Made by a program: the position numbers and the translations under genes | The notes under the pieces: generated by a model | Databases searched by the model: none | What the model was told of the DNA's origin: nothing | The model's input: only the letters and a program-made list of their open reading frames with translations | Shown: one piece after another, positions 39,326 to 54,060 of the stretch | Position numbering within the stretch: the first letter of the stretch is position 1 | Layout: each line of letters opens with the position of its first letter | NCBI GenBank assembly: GCA_951406725.2 | Contig: OX597819.1 | Span: forward strand, 93,268,001 to 93,330,000 | DNA length: 62,000 nucleotides | Direction: 5' to 3' | DNA from: Octopus vulgaris | Lineage: Eukaryota

Positions 39326-39592
39326 GGCAAATGCACTGCAATAAACACGGAGAATATAGCTCTCTAAAGGTAAAAATAAAGTGTGAAAACACCCGCTTCG
39401 TTCAGTTTCGCTATCTGTTAGGAATCTCAGACATCGATGTTTCAAGCGACATCTCATTGACAACAGCCAAGAAGGGTGAAACATCGATGTCTGGGATGCT
39501 TAATAGATTGTGACACTGAACGAACCGGGTGTTTTCACACCTTTTTACCAAAAGAGAGATGTATTCTCCACGGTAACTGCAGTGTATTTGCC
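39326..39592. repeat. Divergent inverted repeat (~115-bp arms) centred on a hammerhead; PLE-type inverted end
   Basis: 39326-39444 is the reverse complement of 39477-39592 (about 75-80% by eye). Confidence 0.85.
39450..39498 (+). ncRNA. Type I hammerhead ribozyme, U3-A8 core variant, GUC site
   Basis: CATCTCA-TTGACAA-C-AGCC-AAGAA-GGGT-GAA-ACATCGATGT-C-TGGGATG. Stem I is 7 bp, stem III is a perfect 10-nt palindrome, stem II has one mismatch. Predicted cleavage after 39491. Confidence 0.75.
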
Positions 39593-39665
39593 TTTTACAA
39601 CAAATTTCAACTAACCTAAATTCTGTTCTGCCTAAACACTGCTTAGCGCTAACATATATTATATT

Positions 39666-39701
<36 letters not shown>

Positions 39702-39721
39702 AGAACAAAGTGTACGTAAGC

Positions 39722-39755
<34 letters not shown>

Positions 39756-40095
39756 AGAGAGAGAGAGAGAGAGAGAGATAAAATACAAAACTGGACAAAA
39801 ATGCAAAACATCCGGACTACTGGGTGATACAAAAAGAGACAACAAAACATCCAGATAGACGATTCAAAGAAAACAAGGACAGGTCATTCGAATTTTTCTA
39901 TCTTCAGTCAAGAACCACATTATCCTCGCAATTTCGGCTGATTATTCTTGAGATTGCTCCAATCTGGCCAGCCCCAAGGAAAAACTAAGCTAAGAGCCTT
40001 AGATTCTTTGGAAGAAAGCATCGAATATATACAAAAACAAGGACGGAAAAAACAATGTTAGACAAATATAAATACAATAAAAATAATAACAGGAC

Positions 40096-40139
<44 letters not shown>

Positions 40140-41419
40140 AGCCTGAAGCGTAAGTGTACATGATCCTAGGCATTACAACTGTAGATCATTAAAGCGAGGT
40201 ATTAAATTACTGAAATTATACAACGCCACATCAGGTAACCCGTCTATATCATGTCTATATTAATTAAATAAACGGGAAAACTGAACTGGAGTAATTACTA
40301 AATGTTACGGTGTGGATATATATAAGTAATTGAAAAAAACTATTTCATACATGTTTCGTATTGATCCAAACTTAGGCTTCTAAGAGTTTTTCGAAAATCT
40401 GAGTAGCGACAGAGAAAAATATAAGACTGTATACAAATAAACATGCATGGCTGCGTGCATGAGTATGCACGTGAATTTGTACCTGCAAATATGTGCTTGT
40501 GTGATTGTGTGTGTATGTATTTGTGTATGTGTATGTGTGTTGGAGTGTAAAAAAGTGTGTTCGTGTCTCTGTAGCTCTGTGTATTCATTTATATGTATTT
40601 GTGTATGATTTGTGCAAGTGCATGTATGTATGTGTGTATATTTGCATGCAAGACAAATGCGAATAGAACGACATGCAACAGAGTTTGTATCTCGTTGAAC
40701 GCATTTCTACAAAGTGTGTTCATCAGGAACCAGGGTTGAAAAATGTAGAGGATTTCCAGAAATATTGACACTTCTGGTTGGAGCACTTCCGTCACACCTG
40801 ATTTTAGGTATCTCCCGAAGAGGATAAGTCCCTAATTATTACTATGGGATCTTCTCGATTATGGCACAAAAAAAAAACGCTGTAAGAATATTAGGGATTA
40901 GACTCCAGTAATTCAACTTTGAGGAGCAAAAGGACATCCTCGTTAAAGATGTCGATCCAGTTATCATCGTCGGATGCGAGGATAACTGGACTAAAATCGC
41001 CTGTCCTGTAGTCGTTTTACGAGAATAGACGAGAGGATGTTGAATAATTGTTTAGTTCGTGAGTGTATGCAATAAGGTCCACAATATTGTAGACTGTCAT
41101 ATCAAACAGATTGTAATGCAAGGCTTTGATAGGTTATTAGATGTTTGAGTTCAATTTAAAAGCATCCCACATGTTATCAAGCGAAAATATTCACTGCTAT
41201 TTTCTATAAGGTGGTACGTATATTTATGTAACCGTTAGAAAAAAATTTATAGCAGTAACTCGATTAATTCCTAACGATATCTGAAGAAAGAGTTTTTATA
41301 TTCCGAAATGTTATTATATCAGTCTATAAATAATTAAATTATAACAGTTATTGCATTGTTATGCCATTCAAGACACATACATAGATGTATGTTTCACATA
41401 CACATATACATTTTTTTAT

Positions 41420-42466
<1,047 letters not shown>

Positions 42467-42484
42467 TGTATATATATATATATA

Positions 42485-42552
<68 letters not shown>

Positions 42553-42842
42553 GTAGATAGATAGATAGATAGACATACACCACCACCCCCATTTCCCTGT
42601 TCAAGTACACACAGCTTGAACGTTTCCTTATATCTTTTTCTATTTGTTAGTTATGAAAGTTTGCAGAGGAGTCAGCTTGACAATCCTTCAATTCACTACT
42701 GGAAACTGCTACTGTATTTATGGAACCGGAATGACGAACGGCAAAATATATTTAACAAGATTTGAGGATAAAACAGTTCCACAGACTATTTGCATTCAAC
42801 GATGTGATAACTCTGCCAATTCGACACCATAAAAATGTGCGC

Positions 42843-42877
<35 letters not shown>

Positions 42878-43126
42878 CTAGTATTTATTCTATCGGTTTG
42901 TTTTGCCAGAACGTTAAGTTACGGGGAATTAAATCGCAAATAATTAAAATATTTATTTTACTATCGATATTCGTATTACCGTGTATAGTTTGCATAGATT
43001 TACATGTATATGTTAATGTATGTATGTATGTACGTATGTCTGTATGTATGTATGTATGGATGGATGGATGGATGGATGTACGTATGTATATATCTGTATG
43101 CACTGCATACATCCCACATGCACAAC

Positions 43127-43162
<36 letters not shown>

Positions 43163-43385
43163 TACATACATACATACATATATACTTACATACACACACA
43201 CACACACATACACACAATTGTATTAGTGGTTTTTTAAGCTTTCGCTATCATGTTTGGCAAGCTGTTATTTTTACCCGTCTTTTATTTAAATATATCATAT
43301 TATACCTGTTTTAGGTATTCTTGCTAGCCACCTCATTATTACTGTTTTTAACAGTAATAATGCTTCATAATGCGTCATATGTTTA

Positions 43386-43425
<40 letters not shown>

Positions 43426-44068
43426 ACTTATTAATAAGGGCAAACGAAAAAATTTCAGATGCCAAATATGCCAAAATTAGACACATTGTCCATAACCATA
43501 TAATTAAGGGAGGAAGGGTTCTTATGAACTAACCCTGAAATCGGTCCGATATGGTAATAACGGAATTTTTTTAGAGATTTCTGTCGACCATTTTCAAGTA
43601 GCGTGCTTATTGTGATTAATTATATGGTTATTGACAATGTGTCTAATTTCGACGTATTTGGCATCTGAAATTTTTTCATTTGCCCTTATTTATAAGTTGT
43701 TTATAAATTTAACCTTTAATGGTATTTTTAATATGCTCGCCATTGATAAATTTCTTTTTCGAAAAAAAAAAACAGAAAAGAAAAAAAATGTTATCCTACA
43801 TTAGATGTATATACATATATATACATATATATATATATGTATATAAATACATAAACATATATATATATATATGTCGTTGTGCATGTATGATGTATGCAGT
43901 ATGTACAAATAGATACATACATACATGTATATTAACATATACATGTAAATCTATGCAAACTATACACACAAATACGAATATTGATAGTAAAATAAATATT
44001 TTAGTAATTATAGATTTAATTCCCCGTAACTTAGCGTTTTAGCAAAACAAACCGATAGAATAAATATT
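42878..44068. repeat. Local inverted duplication (42878-43130 vs 43868-44068)
   Basis: Arms about 85-90% identical by eye. They include a SINE-A tail piece joined to the same non-SINE sequence. Confidence 0.85.
43424..43699. mobile_element. MITE-like element with 83-bp TIRs and a 110-bp spacer
   Basis: CAACTTATTAATAAGGGCAAA... (43424-43506) and ...TTTGCCCTTATTTATAAGTTG (43617-43699). TA on the left, TT on the right. Confidence 0.8.
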
Positions 44069-44388
44069 AGAGTTTAGAGATATGTATTGGGGTTAATTTG
44101 TTCGAATAAAACTCTTCGAAAGTTGCCCTAGAATGGCCGTAAGCCAATGGCTGAAACCATTGAAGGAAGTTTGTTTTAAATCTTGAGAACCGATTGGGAC
44201 AGGCTATTATGCGAAGTGAATTTGTTTATAAAATATAATTTTGTACTGAAATTTCTTTTATATAGACGCTAAGAAGGAATATCACTTTAAATTTATCGGG
44301 ATTTAAAATCATTTAAAATATAATTTTTCTCACATGATCTCTTGCGAAGACTTTTATGTCTTCTCCAAATGTAATGGAGCTCTTCAAG

Positions 44389-44697
44389 AAAATTGGAAAC
44401 ATCATACGACTGTGGAATTTTTTCAAATTAAAATTGGAAACATCATACGACTGCGGAATTTTTTCCAAGTTAAAATATTCTTATGAACAACAGTACTCTA
44501 TAAGTTTCTCTTTAGCTACATTTGACCAATAACCTATCCCTTTCTACCGGAGAATGCTCATATTAAAACATATATGAGCATTCTCCGGTAGAAATGGATA
44601 GATTATCCGGTAGAAATCTAGCTAAAGAGAAACTTATAGAGTACTGTTGTTCATAAGAATATTTTAATTTGAAAAAATTCGGCAGTCGTATGATGTT
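44389..44697. repeat. ~260-bp near-perfect palindrome (44439-44697) with a 41-bp tandem duplication of its left end
   Basis: Arms AACATCATACGACTGC...TGCTCATAT and ATATGAGCA...GCAGTCGTATGATGTT; centre near 44566. Confidence 0.92.
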
Positions 44698-45342
44698 CGA
44701 CGCTCAAGGATTAAACGTTTACTTTTAGTCATATGTTTGAACAAAAAAGGAAGTGTCTTGATAGAACAAGCAACTGAGTCTAGCAAGTGAATTAAAATCA
44801 ATTATCGGTACCGTATAAAGACAGAACTGAGACGATTGTGAAGAAGTTGATATTCACAAGAACAGCACTGCTGTAATATCGTGTCAAGGAATATTTACCA
44901 TTTCGATTAGCAAAAGGAAATTACGAAACCTCTCAATCTAAAACGTTAATGCGCTTGGCTAGTAGAATTTTATTCAGCTGAACAATAACTGGTACCATAG
45001 AGTCTGTTATTGAAGTTAGAAGCATCCGCGTTATTTCCTCTCTTAATGATCCCCTGTGAACCTTAAAAGGTAGAGTTGCAGAATTTAGATAATTGCTTAA
45101 CATGTAAACATTTGAAGAATCCACAAAGATGCTGACTAGAGGTCCTACTAGAAGAACAAGATTTGAATTAATTCTCTTCTATGTGAATGTGGGTTTTTCT
45201 CTGTTCTTTGCCTCTGTCTTTAGCAAACCTCCTCTCAAAATTATATAAACGTATTTAACGTGCATTATAGGCTGTAAAGTGTAATTTCTTTTCCAAATTT
45301 AAAGCAAACCTCTTCAATATCATTATCCAAGTATCTCAATGT

Positions 45343-45555
45343 GGTGAGCTGGCAGAATAGTTAGCGCGCCGAACGAAATACTTAACGTCATTTAGACCGG
45401 CTTCGCCTTCGTAGTTCAAATTCCGTCTAGGTCGACTTTGCCTTTCATCCTTTCGGGGTCGATAAAATAAATACGTGTTGAACACTGGGATCGTTATGAT
45501 CGACTTACCCACAACCCCAGAATAGCTGGCTTCGGGCCAAAAATTGAAATCAATA
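45343..45555 (+). mobile_element. SINE family B
   Basis: GGTGAGCTGGCAGAAT...GTCGACTTTGCCTTTCATCCTTTCGGGGTCGATAAAATAA. Confidence 0.85.
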
Positions 45556-45569
45556 TTATTATATAAGTT

Positions 45570-45895
45570 TTATCTTTTAATTGTGTCAGTCATTGGACTG
45601 CGGCCGTGCTGGAGCATCACCTTGTAAGGTTTTAGTCAAATAAATTGACCACGATACTTATTTTAAAATCTGTCACTTATTCTATTGGTGCATTTTGCCG
45701 AACCGCTAAAGACGTGAGCATACCAACACCGGTTGTGAAGCGGTGGGGATAAGCACAAAACAACCATTCATAGATACGCACGCACGGACAAATACACACA
45801 CACACACACATACGACGGTCTTCCGCACACTCTCCCACTACCAAATTCACTCACAAGGCATTGGTCAATCCGAGACTGTAATCTAAAATATGCCA
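45570..45895 (-). mobile_element. SINE family A
   Basis: Reverse complement of the family A tail and CORE-side segment. Confidence 0.75.
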
Positions 45896-47427
45896 GAAGT
45901 GCCACGCAGAAGAAATGCTTCTGTACCATACCGCCTGTGGCTGCAAAGTGCTTCTGAACTACACAGCTGTACCTGCACTCTATGAGAAATAACAAGTCTT
46001 CTTGGCTATTTTAATAAATCTGCATAGATAATGTTACTCTATATAGGAACTATTATATTGAGGAGAAATAACCATTATTTCATGCATTCTCTTTCTAAGT
46101 TCTTTTGAGTTTTTGCCGTGAATCTCCAGTCGTATACAAATACTTCAAGTTAATTTTTCATGGTTACTACAGTAATCTAAGCAAACATGCACATGAACAA
46201 CCCATAAGCATGCACGCATGCACACATGCACACAACACATATTTATATAAGTATTGGAACACATTCTCTTGAATATTCAATCAGTTAAAAATACATACGA
46301 AGTATCGTAAGCAAGATATTAGTCATCAAGAAAGTTATAGAACGGAATATTGGATAACTAAGAATTAAAAAGGTTAATTATAGTGAAATTAAAACCAAAT
46401 TTTTTAAAAAGACAAGAATTGCACGACTGTCATTGGTTAATTTTAAACTACCTGTCTTAAAATTTAGAGCTGAAGGAATTGAATTATTGTTAAACATGTA
46501 AACGTGGGCGTTTTTAATCATGTGCTATTTGAATGTAAGATTTACTTTACGAAGAATACTTGTAGTCGTATTCAAGTTCTTTAGCTTTTGCTTGTTCATT
46601 GAGTCGAAAAAGCAATATTCTCAATGCTTAAAATTTAATTTAGGAAAACGAACTGTCTTTTCTTGCATAAAGAAGACCAGTAAAGGCATTCAAATTCTAC
46701 GGCCATTTTACTACAACCAAATGACGTACGGAATTCACGCTATGGTTTGAGCTGATAAACGCTTGAGACTTGAACGTGGTGAAATTGGTATTGAGTTTCC
46801 CTAGATGATTTAGGAAGGTAAAATAGGACAATAAAATATTAGGCAATTTTCTTCCATTACTAATGACATATGATAACATACGCTTTTTTCTTTACAGATC
46901 TAAATAACAGCTGCTCTATTTTATCGCTTTTGCTTCTTGCAGTATATTGTAATTCAGCTGCATTCTTTTCTTTAGTTTTTCTATAAATTTTTCATTAATT
47001 TACCAATCTTTAATGATCATAACACTCTTGTGATGTAAATGATCTTGCCATACTGACGTGAGAAATTGTAATATGATGAAGTTTCTAGCCTAACACATTA
47101 AAGTAGACACACTTTTGCGTTAATTGCAGTTAATCAATAGTATCAAATTTGTCTTAAATCAATTCTTTGAGGAACTACAATTGTCGTATGGATTAATTGT
47201 GCTGTTGTTGTTACTGGTATATTTTCTCTTTGCACCCATTCCAAGTACATCCTCAGAACCGAGCAGAAAATATGGTTCCAATCGTGATGCTTCTCTAATA
47301 TTGTCTAGGTCAGCGAGCCTCATATCTTTATTACTTATGTTCCTTCGTATTTAGATCATTCTAATATTATACAATAGCTGGCTTTGTGATAAAAACTTGA
47401 AAGTATTATGAACACAATAGATAAAAT

Positions 47428-47860
47428 GGCCAACTGGCAGAATCGTAAGCATGCTGAGCAAAATGCTTTGCGGGATTTCGTCCGCCCTTACTTACGGAAG
47501 TTGACTTTGCATTTCATCCTTTCGAGGTCGATAAAATAAGCACTTGATGAACACTGGAGATGATGTAATCGACTAATCCCCTCCCCCGAAATTGCTGGCC
47601 TTGTGCAAAAAATTTTAAACCGATATTAATATGATAGATAAGGTGGCACGCTGGTACAATTGTTATGGCACCAGACAAAATGCTTAGCGATATTTTTTTC
47701 TGATTCTTTACGTTCTGAGTAAAAAATTCAGCCGAGGTTAACTTTGCCTTCTAGCCTTTGGGGGAATTACTAGAATAATTACCCGTTGAGCACTGTGGTT
47801 GATGTAATCCACGTCCTCCTTCCCTCAAAATTACTGGTCTTCTAATACAATTTGAAACAG
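47428..47860 (+). mobile_element. Two tandem SINE family B copies
   Basis: Units at ~47428-47620 and ~47640-47860. Confidence 0.8.
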
Positions 47861-48659
47861 TTTAAACATGATAGAATCTTCGTAGAAGTCACTTGGCTCA
47901 GTGTTCAGGCTGTCGGATTGGTGAGCGATCAGGCATGGGTTTGATTACTGGGCCCGTAAGCATATTATATCCTTTGCGCAAGACCCTTCGTTTCACGTTC
48001 TTCTAAAAATGAAAATGCTTATCCTGCAAAACGAAGGCTAGCAGAATATTCGCCCTAAATCTTGCAAATGCAAAATGCCATATTAGCTCCACATGTCAAC
48101 GATCTTTGATAGCTTCAAGTATACTAGGTGATGAGTGCCTTTGTATTTAAAGTGTTAACTATGCTTTCGGCTAAAGGAGAGTGGATTGATGCTGAACGAA
48201 GTAGCTGCTGAAAAAAAGATAGACGTGTACTAGTAGAGGGAAGTGGTAACGGTCGAACAGAAAAGATGAAAGGAACATCAGTTAGTAGGCATATAATCAC
48301 ACTGTTACATATGCCAGAGTGCGTACGTGCATGATTGTGAATAGCCATGGTAGTGTTAGTAGGAACTTTGGTTGTTGGTATTGTCGTTGGGGGCGGAGTA
48401 AATGTGGTATTTCTGGAAGCGTCAGGAAGGTGACGCATGCACTTTAGTGCAAGTAAATGTCGTCTGCTAGTCAATGAAAAATGCATCTGGATATTCTCTT
48501 CGTAAATTTCAATATTCAAAAAGTGACTGCTATATTTCTATTAAAACTTTAATAAAGCTATTTTTATTTCATTATGGGTTGTTCTGTCAAGCATCAAATA
48601 TCTTGAAAAGTTACCTAACATTCAATTTGAAAATAATGAGCTGCAATAAGATATGGCAG

Positions 48660-49060
48660 AATGTTTGCAAATTAACTGGAGTGAGACAGGGAAGATGGAG
48701 AGATCGAATGCAGACGTCAAAATGAAATATGGGGCAAAGAGAAAGTAAGCTCTCAAAAATGCTGAAATATGCGAAGTTAGGAGGTAAAATCGCTACCTTA
48801 ATATGATCGAAAGAGACATAAGAGGATGAAATAAGAAGTCATTTGGAAAAAATAATACTAAAGAAAAATGAAAGCAGGTTATGAATGCTAAGAAAAATAT
48901 CTACTTGGAACAAATATCTACTCGAAACAAAAATTATGAAAGAATAGGAAATGAATTTAATGACAAGGACATATTTAGAACATACACAAAACAGAAACAC
49001 AAGAAGCGAAGTACAGTTGCTAGAACTTTAAAGAATGAGAGAAATGCAATTTATCTACTT
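48660..49060 (+). pseudogene. Very degenerate RTE-like RT remnant
   Basis: TGVRQG and EDEIRSHLEK fragments in purine-rich broken frames. Confidence 0.3.
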
Positions 49061-49859
49061 AGTCAAGATTTATGGCTTCGCAGTGAATTATTAAACTGCT
49101 GCCTAAACAGCAGAGTTCAATTGCTAAATTTGGTGGACTATCTGCTGCGTTAAAGAACAGAATTATAACAAGCAACCGTCAACATTTTAGACACCATATT
49201 CCAATCTATAACCACGCCTTCTCAATTTTTGAAGCAAATTTCTCGTATAGGTGGGGACTGAACTGTTTCTGCAATCAAGGACAAATATGTTATTACCTAC
49301 TTAATTGTTACCCCAGAGAGAATTATCAGCTTTACATCACGAACGCAGCGATAGTAGTGAGAGTAAGAGCACGAACGCTTCAAAATAATCACTGTCTATA
49401 GTCAGAGATGAATATAATGACTACAAAACTATAAAAATGGTAAGACAAGAAAAACGAATGTCTTCAGAAAACTTTGCTCCACGAAGAATCTCTATACTTT
49501 TCATCAGGTCCAGAGCCTAAATAGTAGAACATTCCTTGAGGTATAGGGTTACTTCAATATGTTCCGTAGGGGCTGGAGCACCACAAGAATACAGAGACAA
49601 AGTTATCTGCCCAAAAGTACATTTCGGTAGCACATTTTCCTCTCCTGCCATCTTAATCCCACTGCATAGCAGCCTGAGCAAGTGTCTGCTACTATAGACC
49701 CAAATCAGTTCATGTTTCGTCAGCGAATCTGAAAGGCGGAAACATATTTGCGTGTCACTTGGAGAAAAAGGGTGGCACGTAAATATGTATCTTATGCAAG
49801 GACATCAGACGTGCTTATCAAAGTTTATAATGTTACAATACTACAGCTATCGATTTGCA

Positions 49860-49913
<54 letters not shown>

Positions 49914-50335
49914 GTAACTATCTATCTGTCTGTCTGTCTATCTATTTATCTATCTATCTATCTAACTATCTTTCTGTCTATCTACACATCTATCAGTATG
50001 TTTGGTTGTCTATCTATCTTTCTGGCTGTCAGTCTATTTTTATTTCTGCCTGTCTCTCTACCTATCTACCTGCTATTTCTTCTTCCGATTCTCAGTTTTC
50101 GCTCTGACATATTGTTTATTGATCTCCCAATCTGAGCGGAAATATTTATGCAAATGTATACATATATCTTTTATCATTCATTTGTGGAAGCCATTGGACT
50201 GCGACTATGCTGGAGTACCGCCATGAAGGTTTTGTCGAACGGATCAACTACAGCACTTATTCTTTAAAGTCTAATACTTATTTCATTGTCTGATAAAGTC
50301 TGATAATATTTTTAAGTATGTCTGATGCTTATTTT

Positions 50336-50391
50336 TTAAATAAGTCTGATAGAGACTTAAATAAGTCTGATAGAGACTTAAATAAGTCTGA
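50336..50391. repeat. 21-bp tandem repeat TTAAATAAGTCTGATAGAGAC, ~2.7 copies
   Basis: Directly visible. Confidence 0.9.
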
Positions 50392-50409
50392 AGTTATCTG
50401 CATTTCGAC

Positions 50410-50566
50410 AGAGATTCGACCTGCTGAAATAACAGTCAAACCTTCCTTAAATCATACCCTACCACTTTTAATTAACGAAACAACGCATTAGAAATTTTTA
50501 AAAAAGACAGTTCGCCGTGAATGGAATATAAGATCTGGTCGATTGGATTTAACCTGTGGCTAAACA
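50410..50566 (-). mobile_element. Dispersed repeat family D fragment
   Basis: Inverted match to 875-1066. Confidence 0.5.
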
Positions 50567-52296
50567 ACATCAGCAGCAACAGCCACACCGACAACCTCAA
50601 CAACACATTCATGATTTATTAAATGTTAAGTTTACTGTGTGCAAACGTACTGAATGAACGAAAGAGTGAGTAGGTTTGTGCGAGACAGCGTATCTGCAAT
50701 AATATGCATGTATGCACTAACGCATGCTTCTATATGCGAGTAAAGGTTAAATATTCTCTCGCTCTATGATATGATATCGAAAAGAAAGGAATGTAGCAGC
50801 AGATATTATTTTGCTAATGGCTACATTTCCATTGTATTATTTTCTAGAACATTTCTTGTTTTCTTCTGTTACTAAGTTCATTCTAACAAAGTTACAATAT
50901 TGTAGGCAAAATACGAGCATCTGAAACATGCAATATATGGAAAACAAAAGCTTTTGTAAATAGATCAAATTTGGTCTACAAATAATAAACCTGCAAAGAA
51001 AAATGAACTGCAAAAACACAGAAAAGATCTTTCATCTCTTTGATTGTTCTTTTTTAATTTCAGTATAACCTTTGAATTTACGTTTGGGTTCCTGAAAGAT
51101 AACTGTAGATATCTAAATAGCATTGATACAATAAAAAGTTACTAACACTGTTAATCATCAATAGCTGCCATTATAATAAATAAACGAATAAAATAATACA
51201 ACACTCAAAATAAAATATTGAAGCTACATTCTAATTATTGCAATTTTATTCTACGAATTTACATCGTATTTAGTTTGTTCGTTTTTGATTTTTAGATTTT
51301 CCCTCCTTTTGTTTTTTCGCTAGATATTTTAATACATTGTTCTAAAATAAAAACACGTGATTTTCTTCGTCTAATAATATCTGGGGAACAGTCATTAAAT
51401 CGTTAAACTGCAGCAGTGCAAAATTTTAAGATTCATTTCCTGTCGTTGAACCTTTACTGAAATTCACGTCATAGCAATTGATCTAAACACACAGCCATTA
51501 AAAATACTAGACATAATGTTTGAATTTTAATATACGTCTATTAATTACGCACCAATGTCGATAAGTTATCCGCTTATTTCATTTGATATCAAATACAAAA
51601 TATTCAACAGCTGCTTTTGCATTGATATGATGTTTGAAAGTATCATTATTGACTTGGCGTCGACTTCCGGTTTTATTACGAAAGACAGTCAACTGAAATA
51701 TTGCACTTAGAATCAGGTAACTTTCGTGCTGAGAATTCAACAATACAAAACTGCTGAATATTGGAATAGCTACCGAATTTTGTGAATGACAAATGTGGAT
51801 ACATACATCAGACTCCTATTTATAACAGTTATAGCCACGAGATGCTCAAAAGAAATCAATACTGTTATTAACTGAAAGATAAGCATTAATTATTGACTTG
51901 TTGGGATTAGGTATGAGGCCACTTGTTGAAGAGACGGAATGTAGTTGGTTAAATCACTTCCATTACACTACACATCTTTCTTTTATTGATCTTGGTGTAT
52001 GAAATATGATGTCAACCTCAGCATAATCAGAAATCGGAACCCAGTGAGACGACATATATATACTTTAAGACCGTTGTTTTTTACTGCATCAGATACATCA
52101 AAGATTCCAGGGTTGACACTGAGATTTATTTATGACTTGGGAACACGGCCACAAGCCAATAAATGAAAGGCTTTGTCGATTGAATCAATTTCAATATATA
52201 TATATATGTGTGTGTGTGTGGTGCTCATTTTATTGACAGGTACCATATCTAAGGACATTGCCCTTTTATAGTAATAAATACATATGAAAATATATT

Positions 52297-52342
<46 letters not shown>

Positions 52343-52420
52343 AAATATAAATTTATATCTTGAGTGACAACAACGCTCAAGATATACAACGGACTGGAAA
52401 TAGAAGTGCTCTAATGAGCT

Positions 52421-52755
52421 GTATACAGTTTTTTATCCGAGGGGGGGCAATGCGAGCAACAACCACAGGAACATCAGAAAATCCACAGAATGACAAAGAC
52501 ATACAAATCTTCATATACTCATTTATATCTATAAAGCCCGACATTTAAACATTTTTTAATTTAGTAATATATAAATATATCATATAAAAATATAAATTTT
52601 GCATATATATTACTAAATTTTAAAAATGTTAAATGTCGGGCTTTATAGATATAAATGAGTATATGAAGATTTGTATGTGTTTGGTCATTCTGTGGATTTT
52701 CTGATGTTCCTGTGGTTGTTGCTCGCATTGCCACCCCTCGGATAAAAAAGTATAC
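52421..52755. repeat. ~335-bp palindrome with ~150-bp arms and a ~30-nt spacer
   Basis: Arms 52421-52573 and 52604-52755, about 95% identical by eye. ORFs 52360+ and 52629- share the same C-terminus. Confidence 0.95.
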
Positions 52756-52870
52756 ATATATAAATACACGAATATGTATCTATATTTGTGTGTGCGTGTG
52801 TGTGAGTATATACATATGTACGTATAAATATATGTGTGTATGCCTGTGTGCACACACACGGATTTATATA

Positions 52871-53959
52871 CAGTGACTGGACAAAATGATGTATACAACA
52901 CTATATATTTAACTTTTTTTCTTTTGGCAATATAACTAATTCTAAACAGCTCTAATCTGTATATGAGAAGATATATTTAAATAAGTCAAAATGCATGGTC
53001 TATCTAAAATGCTGGAGTGCGGATGGTTGGATCCTCAGTCACGGAAACTGCTGTATTGTGTAATGTTTCGAAAACATTCGAAAAGTACATTCTCTAAAAT
53101 CATGTTGGCATTCTAAAGCCTAGAAAAATCCAGCAACATAATTCTGGATGGAAAACAAAGCTCACAGAGACAGTAGTAAAACATATTTTGTCTGAAATCC
53201 ATTGAACTGCGGCAGCCAAAGTAACAGCAGAGCTAAGCCACATTGTGTCAACTAAAATCATTCCTGCTGAGTTCTATAAACTGGGAAACATAAACGTTTC
53301 TTAACCATGATCGACATTGACAAGAGTAAAAAATGGTGTCTCAAAAATCAGAAGTAGTTAGTGGCTGAATGGAACAATATCGTCTCTGATGAATTCATCG
53401 TTCAACTACTTACTCACTTAGGACGAGTTTATGTCTAGAGATTGCTTCTCCCATACCACGATGGACTGAGGTGACACTGTAATGATTTGGACAGCTATTT
53501 CACGGAATTCTTTTGGATTAGTTTTTTTCTACGTGGAAAGGTTAACACCAAGGATTCACTGAGTATTTTGGCTAATCATATTCACCCTTTGGGACAAAGA
53601 TTGTTCCCTTATAGGGCAACTTTCCAAGATAATAATGAACCGATTAACATGGTTAATGTTCTTCAGCTGTACAAAGAGCACAAAAGTATTGTTCACCCAA
53701 TCTCATAGGCCTCCAAAATCACCGGATCTCAAATTAATCGAAAATTTCCTGGGTATTTTCAAGCAGAAAGCGATGAGTCACTCCCTCTACCATTGCTTGG
53801 TTTTACTTGAAGAAAGATGGAAAATTGCGTTTAGAAACATGTACACATTCATTCCTTGACGTATTAATGTTGTAATTGCAACCAATAGTGGACCAACTCT
53901 GTATTAAATAATACAGCTTCCATTTAACAAGGTATTTCCGTAATTTTGTCCCACCCCTG
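52871..53959 (+). mobile_element. Degenerate Tc1 element with both TIR ends and TA flanks
   Basis: Left end TA-CAGTGACTGGACAAAAT; right end ATTTTGTCCCACCCCTG-TA. Remnant peptides AAKVTAEL, VMIWTAIS, FQDNNEPI and PPKSPDLKLIEN. Confidence 0.82.
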
Positions 53960-53985
53960 TACCTATATGTGTGTGTTTGTACGTG

Positions 53986-54053
<68 letters not shown>

Positions 54054-54060
54054 CAAAATA

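Noticed and set aside
39875-39960. CTGAAGA- and CTCAAGA-containing hairpins on the minus strand
   Set aside because: GAAA plus stem III geometry is not satisfied. Possibly a PLE end, but unsupported.
40790-41110. Possible solo LTR with a 10-bp-stem hairpin near 40956-40990
   Set aside because: No clear TG...CA ends, TSD or second copy.
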